Assembly (NCBI RefSeq): GCF_000143415.4
Contig: NW_003314272.1
Coordinates: 406,184-470,183, forward strand
DNA: 64,000 bases
Reading direction: 5' to 3'
Source: Selaginella moellendorffii
Taxonomy: Eukaryota > Plantae > Lycopodiophyta
Both the position numbers and the translations under genes were made by a program. The notes under the pieces are model-generated. The model saw nothing but the letters and a program-made list of their open reading frames with translations. It ran no database searches and was not told where the DNA came from. Of this stretch, positions 39,226-51,159 are shown piece after piece. Position 1 is the stretch's first letter, and the number at the start of each line of letters is the position of its first letter.

Positions 39226-40490
39226 ATATATTCTGATTTTAATATAAATTATATTGTTTAATATTTTTTTTTTTTTTGACTAAAAGATTAGTTCATGTCG
39301 AACCAATAATCTACATGAGCTTATGGAATACCTTAAACACCTAGATTTTATGTTAAAAATTCTTGGTTCGGGACGAACTAAGGTAGTGCCATTAAACTTT
39401 CGCTAGTTAGGGGATTGTATTGACTTCCTTTGACTTTTGCTGACTTTCATTGACTTGAGCTCAGCTCGTGAGCTCAGCTCAAAAACTACCCAGCCCCATT
39501 TACCATAGGATAACACCATATAGTGGAACTTAAACGCTCTTTATGCCACGTGACACATGCCATGTGTCATATGCCATGTGTTCAAAGGACAATGGTGCGG
39601 AACCCGAAGTTCAGGGCCTTGGGCCACTGAACGAAGGAATGGTGCCAAATTCCCAAGCATGGAGCCAAGGAGTGACGAAACCAGACCACGAAGCAACTCC
39701 CGAGCATATAGCCCAAGGAGCAAAGGGACAGGAGCCCGAAGTGACTTGGAACAGTCTTAGAGTAACTAGCATCCCAATGCTAGGACCAACACGCAAAACA
39801 GAGCCAAACGGAGTCTGGTGTCATTTCGGCATATCGGTGGCCTAACGTAAGGACATGGGTACTCCACCAGCTAGTATGGAATGGAACTTGGGCTTAGACC
39901 CAAGCCAGACGCAGAACAAAGATAAGCATGCAAGCGGGAGCTAAACTATGCCTCAAGTTGGAGAGACACGCGCTTTGGGCTTTCACCCCAAGCGTCCCTT
40001 AGTACCAGGAGTTAGTCTCTAGAACAAGCTCAAAACTTACTTAATATGGGATGTCCCTATCTTGCAAATTTGGACACGGGACAAACACCATTGTGCTTAA
40101 GCTGACCTCTATGTTCTATAGATATGCCAAATGAGTGAATCTAGACACTTTCCATAAATAGTATTTATGACCGAAATGAAACTAACACAAAGGGCATGAT
40201 AGCAAGGGTGTTTAGCAGACACGGTAAGCTATCATCCAGTGATATTGAGGGAATAGTCTCAATATGCGAGGGTTCTTGTCAAGCCAGCTCAAAACAGAGC
40301 AATAAATAACTAAAACGTTGGGCCAAGTATGCTTGGTTAAATAGGCATTTAGGAATTCCGTCCTTATGCTCATCCGGCCAAGTATAAATGCAAAGTCTAG
40401 TTTACTAACACTTGAACAAAAGGGGCTAATAAAGGGAACTAGCAATACCAACCTCTTGCCATCATGGCTATAAAGAAAGAGTGTCCATAA

Positions 40491-43400
40491 GGAACTCTCT
40501 AGTGGTGTTTTCAAACTGACTTGAGGTTGAGACTAGGGCCAAGGGGCCTTGGGTGGGAGTGAGCATGGACTCGAGTGGTGCTGGAAGGGCCACCCCAGAG
40601 AGTGCTCAAGAGCAGCGCCCACTTCCCATAGGGAAACCAATTGTGGTGCTCCCAACTCATGTGCAGTGGTGCCCCATTTGAGTATCTTGCGGCTCACTAT
40701 GTAAGAGACTAAATTTTCCATTCTACTTTAGTCACTTAACCACACCTCTGACCACTTGGAGGAGTCTCATTCACAACCTCCATAAGTCCAATCCAGGACT
40801 TGGGACTTGCTAGCCCCAAGAATGGCATCCATGCCACTCAACATTTGCACTGTGTCCAAGTGCTTCACGTGTCCGATCCCATGACCGACACTCAAAGGTA
40901 CCACCGACATAGCAGCCCGTTACGCTAAGGCCATGCCCAATCACCTTTGCCACACTGGTAGTCCAATACCACTTGCATCACAGTCTTGGCTCTCCAAGAC
41001 TAGGCAAACCATCCGTGAGTGGTCATCTCAGATCCACTCCTTAGCATCCTTAGGATGCCCACCGACAAGGGGAATAGCCTTCCCCAATATCCCTCTGTCA
41101 GTCCCCACTAAGTCCCTTTCTGCCCCTGGCCGTGTTTGCCAACACTGCCACTAGATCGAGACCCACAGGCCCGACCACTAAGTCCCACAGTCCTCTGGGA
41201 CTTCCTCACCACACGACTGTGTCCTCGGTCACTACCCCAGAGGACTGCTCCTCTTCCTTTCCACAGTCTGGGCCTTTGGGACAACATTTTGGAACACCGT
41301 GGCCTTACGCGAGCCACCTGGGTACTCTCCTCGCCTTTCGCCTTTAGGTGCTCTAGCCATGGGCTTAGAGCGAGGTTCCATTGAGCCACGCCTGGTATCC
41401 AAGTAGGTAGTGCCACCCACACTTGGACTGGGAGCATCGGCCAGTCGATCTCCCGGGGGAACTAGAGCCGGCTCTTGAACACTTCACCAAGCTACCCCGC
41501 TTGTCGGTCCGTGTTCACTCTAGTCTTGGACTTCCCAGTGGGCAGCTCATCACCCAACACTGGGTCCGGCCTTCCTGGGCCAAACTGGCCTTTCCTGGCC
41601 AAACTGGCTCCACTGCAGTCCTCCCCCTTACTATACTTTTGGAGCTCACCAAACCCCCCAGGGTCTGGGAGACGAACGCTTTGGGCTTTCACCCTCTCAG
41701 ACTCGAACTCGGACTCGGACTCGGACTCGGACTCGGACTCGGACTCGGACTCGGGCTCGGGCTCGGTCTCGGCCTCGGCCTCGGTCTCGTTCTCGGTCCC
41801 GATCTCGGTCTTGGTCTCGGTCTCGGTCCTGGTCTCGGTCTCGACTTCGGACTCCATCTCGGACTCCATCTCGGACTCCATCTCGGACTCCATCTCGGGT
41901 CCATCTCGGACTCCATCTCGGGTCCATCTCGGACTCCATTTCGGGTCCATCTCGGACTCCATCTCGGGTCCATCTTGGACTCCATCTCGGACTCGGACTC
42001 GGACTCGGACTCGGACTCGGACTCGGACTCGGGCTCGGGCTCGGTCTCGGCCTCGGCCTCGGTCTCGTTCTCGGTCCCGATCTCGGTCTTGGTCTCGGTC
42101 TCGGTCCCGGTCTCGGTCTCGACTTCGGACTCCATCTCGGACTCCATCTCGGACTCCATCTCGGACTCCATCTCGGACTCCATCTCGGGTCCATCTCGGA
42201 CTCCATCTCGGGTCCATCTCGGACTCCATTTCGGGTCCATCTCGGACTCCATCTCGGGTCCATCTTGGACTCCATCTCGGACTCCATTTCAGGTCCATCT
42301 TGGGTCCACCTCGGACTCCATTTCGGGTCCATCTCGTACTCCATCTCGGACTCCATCTCGGGTCCATCTCGGGTCCACCTCGGACTCCATTTCGGGTCCA
42401 TCTCGGACTCCATCTCGGACTCCATCTCGGGTCCATCTCGGGTCCACCTCGGACTCCATCTCGGACTCCATTTCGGGTCCATCTCGGACTCCACTTCGGA
42501 CTCCAACTCGGGTCCATCTCGGACTCCACTTCGGACTCCAACTCGAGTCCATCTCGGACTCCACTTCGGACTCCAACTCGGGTCCATCTCGGACTCCACT
42601 TCGGACTCCAACTCGAGCCCATCTCGGACTCCACTTCGGACTCCAACTCGAGTCCATCTCGGACACTTCCACGTGTCATGTGTTGGTCCTTTTGGGTCCC
42701 TTTTTGGAGCCTCGCTTTTTGCTCGCTTCGTGCTCATTCCTCGAGCACTTCTTTGGGAGTTCCACTCCCGCTCTTGACTTTTCAAGTCGGAGCTTTTGGT
42801 CCAAACGTGTTACACTCGTTTGGCTCTCGCTTCAGCCACTACCACGTGGCACCCTTTTCGGCTCCACTTTGGGGCCTAGGGATGTTGTGTCTCACAACTC
42901 CACCACCCATAGATGAAGTTCGATGTCCTCATCGAACGGTAAACCATTTTGTAAAGTAACACTCGCATGTGTTACCATTTCCATCCTTGGCACCTAGCCA
43001 ATATTTGTCAATGGTTTGACATTGAAGGCTCACCATGCCTTTTGCATATGCCTCAATGGTTTGACACCAAAGGCTCACCATGCCTTGCCTATCCTCTAAG
43101 GAGGGTAGTCTCCCCAACTTAGAGACTGATTGGACCACATGTAGTGGTTCTTTCCTTTTATTGGTTTAGTTCTCGCTAAACCTCTTAGAGACCCTTCTCT
43201 AAGTCAATCCCACTACTCTTTCTTGAGTAGTCTCAATTTCCATCTATTGAATGTTTGCACCTTGGAACTTTTACTCTTTTGACTTTTGGAAGTCAATTTC
43301 CTAGGTGTCTCCAACACCTTGCATTGCACAGATTGTGCGACTCCACTTCCCTATCCTAGGAAGTTCATTACTTGAGGGCACCATCATCCTCTCTTCTATT

Positions 43401-46400
43401 TCGTGCCACCTTGGGCACTAAGTTCCATTTATCACACTTTGTGCTAGGGTTGTCCATCGCCCTATCATTTGGCTACCTTACCGCTCCCTCCCTTGGAGCT
43501 TCCACTTTCGCCAAATCGGAGCAATTTGGAATCCATCCTTGGAAACACACTTCCTTTCCCGCAATTTGTTAGCGTCCAACACATTAGTGTTCCTCGCCTA
43601 ACTTTGTCACTTGGATTCATTCCAAGGGATTCCACGGCCCTATCTTGGCCACTCATCTTTTGCTCCTATCCGTTGATTGTTGCACCAAGCAACATCGAAT
43701 CTCTACCTCCCTCCTTGAGGTATTCTTTTGATTCCATAGCAAAGGCTCTGCTTTGCCAAGACTAGGGTGTTCACCCCTAGTAAGTCTCTTTTAGCATCTT
43801 CTGCTGTGGGCTCTATCCTCGGCCCAACTTTGTGACCCTCTCATAGGTCTCTTTAGAGACTACTTTCCTTGGACACACTATGCCATCGCATTGACATAAC
43901 TCATTTCCCTAAGGTGCTTTTCCCACTTGGTCACCTTGACCAAGCCACACCATCATCAATAGTTCAAATCAACACTTTGAACTAGGAACCTTATTCCTTA
44001 ACCCAAACAAGGACCTTATCCTTATTTAGCCACAAGATCACCTAGTGAACTCACCTCGGCACCTTAACAGGTTTGCCAATAGGTACTAGGTCTTCCCGAC
44101 CTTTAACTTGTTAACTACGACCCCGGGGGCATCCCCCACACTTGGCGGTGCGCCCAAGCCAGCCCTTCCGGCCAAGGGTCCATAGCAACTGAGATTAAGT
44201 GTCCCCATCTCACTCACCACGTCCTTGGTGCCACTTGCACCAAAGCGTTCAAGTTAGATATGTCGAGCTTTCACACTAAGCAATCTAATCGTGCATCACG
44301 ACTCCGAGGCATCCCTCGCTTGGCGGTGTGCCCAAACCAGTCTCCCCACTGAGAGTCCATGACCACCGAAATATGAGTGTCCTCATATTCCAAACCATCA
44401 CCACGCCCTAGTGATTTGGGACTCGAACCCAAGCACTAGAGGGTCGGGACTCGAACCCAACCTCCGTATATGCATCTACGGAAGGCATCACCCTAGATGC
44501 CTGGCGTGACTCCCCACGCCGGTGCACCAACTTATTTTTAAAGCGCGCTATAGATCACAACTTAGGAACCTAGTTCCCCCGCACTGCCAAGTCCTCTCAC
44601 TTCACAAGTTTGTGATCATGCATGGACTCCTCCATGCTTGGCCCCATGGCCCACCCTTTTTGAAGTTATCACCTTCAACTAGGGTATTTGTTCCCCTGAC
44701 TTGCCAATCTCGCTTGACAAGTCCTCTGACCACTGTAACATGGTTCTTGCACAAGCGTGAAAGTCCTTAACTGTCGACTTTCGTTCAAAGCCCTCTCTTT
44801 GAACACTCGGGAACTACTTCCCTAACCTTGACAGCCTTGCCTCATGGCAAGCTTCAAGACCACGCTTCTGCTGCGCCACTCTGATTTCGCGCGTTTTATG
44901 AACCATTTACACTTGGCCTTTCTAGGTACTAAGCTACCTACAATCGTCTTCGGGAACCTTGAAGGAACTCTGTCCCTTAGTTTGCTAAGGCCTCCCTTTT
45001 TGCAAGCTTTCCAATTGCCACATAGTCTAGCATGGACAATTCCATATTTTAGACTCTCCATGGCATCACAATTGCTAGCGGCAACACCCTCGAGCCCCCA
45101 CTTGATTCTCCACTCCCAGCTGGCATAACCAACCTTGGTTATGCCCTTCGATTTCTATGGTTCAGTTCCATCCCAATACTACTTGCCTTTTGGCCCCATA
45201 TGTTTCCTTTGGTTATTCTCCTCCAGACCAGGAGGATAGCTTTGCACTTTCTATCATGCCTTAGCAAGTATTCTTAGGGATGAACCTACCCAATAGCCCA
45301 GGGAGTGGTTCCTCAATCTGGGTATGCTCACCTTATAATCCCACACACTGGGATTACATTGTTGCTTATGGGCCTTTACATGCCCATCACTAACCTTGCC
45401 AAAATTCCATTCTTGGCTTTGTCCAACTCGGGTAGACAGTCCTCTCCTGTCTCCGCAACCTTGGACATTTGGATAACACCTTCTATCCATCATTCGCTAG
45501 GGACTTAGTCCCTTGGGCTTTATCCATTGCCCTCGCGACATCCAACACCACCTTCTGGTGTTCTAAAGTGTCCGGGTGTCCCAATGATGGCTTTCTTGAC
45601 AATGAGTATTTCCTTTTATGACATTGACTTACTATATCGCAACACAAGCAACTTATCCCCCGTAAGGGTATATCCAACTTCCTTATGCTATTAATAAGTC
45701 TTGGGTAGCTACCTTCTACCCGTTTAACCAGTTATTTTGCACCTCTTGATTAGTTGCCTCATAGTTGTCAAGTCCTACAACTCATTGCTTGGTGCTTTCA
45801 CACCTCCATCATTCTCTGGGTCACCACACTCCAACTGCATGCTTTGCAACTTAGGCTATGCCATTCCCATTTCCATTGGGATTCCTTTGGCAGGGCATTC
45901 TCATGAACCCACCAACATAGCCTCAAGGTATCACACCTTGGCACATTTGGCGTCTCCACACCATCGGCTCCACGAGCCTACCTCTATGACACTTCTTCTT
46001 TGTGTCTAAGTCTTTGCCAAGACCAATACCACTCTTTCTCATGCCAACCATCCGGTAGCACTGCACCATAGAGGTCACACACAACTTTGTTTCAAAGTTG
46101 TTTTCTTTTGGGAACACCCTTCCCACGACTTTAGCATGGCACATTTTGCCATCGATGAGATATCCTCTGTTCTCATCCTTGGATCCTATGATCCCCCCCC
46201 ATCCTTCGTGGGGTACCACACACCTCAGTCCAAATGCTTCCATCAATCCTTTAGGATTATTCCTTGACTCTATTAGAGTCATCCAGCTTTTTGGACTTTG
46301 TCATCCGACGACCCATGAGGTCCTATCTTTGAGGTGCGAGCTCATTGGAATACAACTTCTTGTATTCAGGTCCTACTCACAAGGACCATCTTTGCAAGTG

Positions 46401-49400
46401 TTACTCCGACACTTGATTTGTTCTCTTGGGGCAACCTTTTGCCTCTTAGGACCACTTGTCCATGTGATGAGAATACCAACTCATCCTCGAAGTACATCCC
46501 CAACTCCTTGGGTTGTTCCAGCATTTATCAAGGGTAACCTCAGCTACCATTTCGAGGACTTGTGTCCTCTCCTATACTTGACCTCCCATGGTCATCAATT
46601 CCGGTCTCAAAGTTATGAGCACCGGCCTCAACTATATGAGGGTAATCTTGTGACTCCTTTATTATTTTGGAGTCTACATCTTTCCCGTGATCCCAATTAT
46701 AGTTGTTTACCACAACTACGTTAGCCCGTTTGCTGCGTCAAACGCTCATCTGGATCACATTCTCAGCTCTCTGAGGAAACCTTATACTGTTCCCAAGATC
46801 CTAAAGTCGTTCTATTATTGGCCCTTTTCTATCCACCACATCGTGGCCAAGTTCATGCATGAACTTTAGTGGAGAGCCATGTCCTCTCGACAAGCTACTC
46901 CTCAAGGATAGGCCCACTCCTAGGACCTTCCAATGCCAACATCAATGGTGATATACTTGAGCACGAATAAAAGTCGGACTAAGGAACAGCTCCGATACCA
47001 AGTTGTAAGAGACTAAATTTTCCATTCTACTTTAGTCACTTAACCACACCTCTGACCACTTGGAGGAGTCTCATTCACAACCTCCATAAGTCCAATCCAG
47101 GACTTGGGACTTGCTAGCCCCAAGAATGGCATCCATGCCACTCAACATTTGCACTGGGTCCAAGTGCTTCACGTGTCCGATCCCATGACCGACACTCAAA
47201 GGTACCACCGACATAGCAGCCTGTTACGCTAAGGCCATGCCCAATCACCTTTGCCACACTGGTAGTCCAATACCACTTGCATCACAGTCTTGGCTCTCCA
47301 AGACTAGGCAAACCATCCGTGAGTGGTCATCTCAGATCCACTCCTTAGCATCCTTAGGATGCCCACCGACAAGGGGAATAGCCTTCCCCAATATCCCTCT
47401 GTCAGTCCCCACTAAGTCCCTTTCTGCCCCTGGCCGTGTTTGCCAACACTGCCACTGGATCGAGACCCACAGGCCCGACCACTAAGTCCCACAGTCCTCT
47501 GGGACTTCCTCACCACACGACTGTGTCCTCGGTCACTACCCCAGAGGACTGCTCCTCTTCCTTTCCACAGTCTGGGCCTTTGGGACAACATTTTGGAACA
47601 CCGTGGACTTACGCGAGCCACCTGGGTACTCTCCTCGCCTTTCGCCTTTAGGTGCTCTAGCCATGGGCTTAGAGCGAGGTTCCATTGAGCCACGCCTGGT
47701 ATCCAAGTAGGTAGTGCCACCCACACTTGGACTGGGAGCATCGGCCAGTCGATCTCCCGGGGGAACTAGAGCCGGCTCTTGAACACTTCACCAAGCTACC
47801 CCGCTTGTCGGTCCGTGTTCACTTTAGTCTTGGACTTCCCAGTGGGCAGCTCATCACCCAACACTGGGTCCGGCCTTCCTGGGCCAAACTGGCCTTTCCT
47901 GGCCAAATTGGCTCCACTGCAGTCCTCCCCCTTACTATACTTTTGGAGCTCACCAAACCCCCCAGGGTCTGGGAGACGAACGCTTTGGGCTTTCACCCTC
48001 TCAGACTCGAACTCGGACTCGGACTCGGACTCGGACTTGGACTCGGACTCGGACTCGGGCTCGGGCTCGGTCTCGGCCTCGGCCTCGGTCTCGTTCTCGG
48101 TCCCGATCTCGGTCTCGGTCTCGGTCTCGGTCCTGGTCTCGGTCTCGACTTCGGACTCCATCTCGGACTCCATCTCGGACTCCATCTCAGACTCCATCTC
48201 GGACTCCATCTCGGACTCCATCTTGGACTCCATCTCGGGTCCATCTTGGACTCCATCCCGGGTCCATCTTGGACTCCATTTCGGGTCCATCTCGGACTCC
48301 ATCTCGGGTCCATCTCGGACTCCATTTCAGGTCCATCTTGGGTCCACCTCGGACTCCATTTCGGGTCCATCTCGGACTCCATCTCGGACTCCATCTCGGG
48401 TCCATCTCGGGTCCACCTCGGACTCCATTTCGGGTCCATCTCGGACTCCATCTCAGACTCCATCTCGGGTCCATCTCGGGTCCACCTCGGACTCCATCTC
48501 GGACTCCATTTCGGGTCCATCTCGGACTCCACTTCGGACTCCAACTCGGGTCCATCTCGGACTCCACTTCGGACTCCAACTCGAGTCCATCTCGGACACT
48601 TCCACGTGTCATGTGTTGGTCCTTTTGGGTCCCTTTTTGGAGCCTCGCTTTTTGCTCGCTTCGTGCTCGTTCCTCGAGCACTTCTTTGGGAGTTCCACTC
48701 CCGCTCTTGACTTTTCAAGTCGGAGCTTTTGGTCCAAATGTGTTACGCTCGTTTGGCTCTCGCTTCAGCCACTACCACATGGCACCCTTTCCGGCTCCAC
48801 TTTGGGGCCTAGGGATTTTGTGTCTCACACACTAGTCCTCACCCTTTCTAGGGGCTTGGGCCTTCCCTTCGGGATGGAAGTGGGGGAAGTAGGGGTACCC
48901 ATATTGGGCCATTAGGCCACAATGTTTCCCCCCCAGTGTCCCGAAGCAAGTATTGCATATAAGGCTTGGGATTTAGAGGGTCCTATGATTAAGTCTTGTT
49001 GTACCAAGGGATGTTAAGAACTTGGTGGTTTGGTGTGTTTAGCTGCTTGTGCCTGTGGGGAGTGTAGCCGAACCTTAAGTTTAGTCTAACCCAGGGAGGG
49101 GGATTGGGAAAGATTTGGGAATCTGTGGATCTAAATTTAATTGCTTATGCAATGAGTAGCTGAAACCACATAGGACCAAGTAGGAGCTGGTACAATAGAT
49201 TGAAACCTTGGCAAGGGAACTTAACTAAGGCCAAGGTTGTGGTGGTTAGATAGATAAGATAAGTTACCAAATTAGAAAGGAAATTTTTGTGGCTTACAAT
49301 TTGGTATTGAAGCCTTTTCCTCAGTTGTAGCAAAGGATAAAGGCAGATTGTTGGGAGATGGCAAAGGCAGGGTGTAAAAAAACCAAGGCGGAGACGGAAC

Positions 49401-49770
49401 CTCCTTCGGAACTAAAGCCTCTAGTCGAACAAGAACCTATGGATGAGGAATCCTTGCACGAGGAGGACTCTAGTGAGGAATCTCCTAAACAGGAATCCAA
49501 TGGAGAGGTTCGATCGTCCAAGGTTTGATTGGACATTCTAGAAGGACAATTAGCATAGACCAATGCCCTACTAGAGACCCTTGTATGCAAGTTAAAGAGT
49601 GATAAGAAGCAAAAGAAAAAGCCAAAAACTGCAAAAGCTAGAAGTGTGGAAGGCTTTAGTGAGGACTGAGGCAGAACAAAACAAGGTCAAACAAACCAAA
49701 GTGGAATCAATCCCTCAAGCAGTTCCCAAGTACAAACCAAAGCCCCCATTGTTCTTAAAGGGAGTGAACG
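40491..49770 (+). mobile_element. Family-C LTR (40491-40699 + 48835-49298) split by the intact family-A element, then a degenerate PBS (49302-49314) and gag-like remnant (~49358-49770)
   Basis: LTR end gaaaggaaatttttgtggcttaca resembles the family-A end. tggtattgaagcc follows. PKYKPKPPLFLKG resembles gag SKFKPPKPPNFRG at 59629. Confidence 0.65.
40700..48829 (-). mobile_element. Intact, young, apparently non-autonomous family-A LTR retrotransposon (LARD-like)
   Basis: LTRs 40700-42896 and 47004-48829 with TG..CA ends. TSD CACTA (40695-40699 and 48830-48834). PBS TGGTATCGGAGC on minus strand (46989-47000). Purine-rich tract next to 42897. The 4.1 kb interior has no recognisable gag/pol. Confidence 0.95.
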
Positions 49771-49779
49771 GGAGATGGT

Positions 49780-51100
49780 GACATGGGAGAGACGAACTGT
49801 AATTCTTTCCAATAGATTTGAGGCTAGTGTAGTTGGAACCAAGGAAAGCTAAGCACCACAAAGGAGGACTTGCTGTTGATGATGTTGAAGGCGATATTAG
49901 TGATGGTGGACCCGATATGTACTCAAACATGCAACGTTTCCCTAAGTCGAGAAGATGGAGACACAAAATGCCCACCGATGCCTTCAACCCTAAGATCCTG
50001 TATGGTAGGAGAAAGAAGAATGTGATGTCAAGTAGCAAAGCCTGTGTCCATGAAGTAGGAAGTTGCACCCTAGTCCAATAGCGCTAGAGCCTTGAGTCTT
50101 GATTGTCCGGTGAAAGAAAGGAGACATAGGATGTGGAAGTTGCAGGAATTGGTGATGGCTTTGATGAAAGGTGGTGAGGAGCTTGATAAAGAAGAAAAGT
50201 GATTTTTATTCAGGGAGTCCAAAAAATTACTCCTACTCTATTTGGACAGGGTTGTTTCCTGACTACAACAGAGGTGGACCTTGAGGCAGAGTGAACTCGA
50301 GCAATCGGGGAGGCTTCTTGGGACACATAGCTGCTTTGTGATTAGGATCAGCACAATAGAGGCAAACATTCTAAGATACTCAATGTTGCTTCTCAGCAAG
50401 ACTCAGCTTCCCTCTGATGAGTCGGGGAATACCAAAAATATCCATTGGGATCGGAGTAGTAGGTTCAGGAGTATGCCCCAAAGACTCAAGCTGGGATTTC
50501 TAAGTCTAGGACGGGAAAATGACGGTGCAGTGACTTTCCTAATGACATTCAAAGAGATGATTGTCGCATCGAACAACTTTGTTGATGGCATCCGACAGGT
50601 CCATAGGATCCTCCATGGTGAGCAACAAATCCTTGGCACCGTTGTTGAGGCTGAAACAAAATTGATCAATTAGGGCCCACTCATCCCACTGAGTGTCCAA
50701 GGCAAGGAGTTGGAACTCCGCAACATAGATTGAGGCAGGACGAGACCCCTAAGAGAGACGTCTCATCTTTGTGGTGGCAACTTGAACCCGATTCATCTCG
50801 CCAAAACATGCTTTGAGCTTCTCTTTGAACAACTGAAGATCCATCAGCTCTGAAACCATGACCCCTTTCATGCTCTTCTCCAGAAGAGGACAAAACTATT
50901 ACAAAGCTGCACCTTTGAGCAACATCCTGATCGCGCCAATTTGAGACTTGAGAGTGGGGTACCGCTGATGTTGAAGTGCGAAGATCAACTCCATCTGGTT
51001 CAGGAATCTGCGAAGCTCCAAACGCTTGCCTAAGAACTTCCCCGGGAAACTCACCTTCGGTTCAGGAACTTTGCTTGATCCTTGAGCGGAAAATATACCT
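49780..51100 (-). pseudogene. Tcn1-like gag and aspartic protease remnant
   Basis: EPKVSFPGKFLG...FLNQMELIF; KDLLLTMEDP...VRCDNHLFE; zinc knuckle CLYCADPNHKAAMC; protease ALLD*GATSYFMD. Confidence 0.85.
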
Positions 51101-51159
51101 TGATGTATATTGGTTATGGTGGTCTTATAAATGGTGAGTTGCGGGATGGATAGCGGTGA

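Larger units (their letters stand above)
29102..39497. mobile_element. Element 2: Mutator-like (MULE) DNA transposon with two divergent genes
   Basis: 8-bp TSD ATTTACCA (29094-29101 and 39498-39505). Imperfect TIRs (aagcccgggtaggttttgagct versus ggggctgggtagtttttgagct) followed by GAGCTC repeats. Subterminal inverted repeat at 29188-29204 and 39363-39379. The host LTR is restored on removal. Confidence 0.92.
28195..40490 (-). mobile_element. Family-B element, 5' part: internal region 28195-29056, PBS, and a 5' LTR (29057-29101 + 39498-40490) split by element 2
   Basis: Colinear with 55105-56815. ctctgataccaaa (minus-strand PBS) precedes TGTAGCGCACGTGG. Confidence 0.88.

Noticed and set aside
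40695-40699. CACTA pentamer at both flanks of 40700-48829, suggesting a CACTA/EnSpm transposon
   Set aside because: It is a direct repeat outside TG..CA LTR ends, i.e. an ordinary 5-bp TSD, not an inverted terminus.
44416-44522. A genuine tRNA gene
   Set aside because: T-arm-like loops are present, but I could not build an acceptor stem, D-arm and anticodon arm with canonical spacing.
46098-46724. 208-aa ORF as gag or an accessory gene of family A
   Set aside because: It is antisense to the element, has no recognisable motif, and the homologous region at 8320-8600 contains stops.
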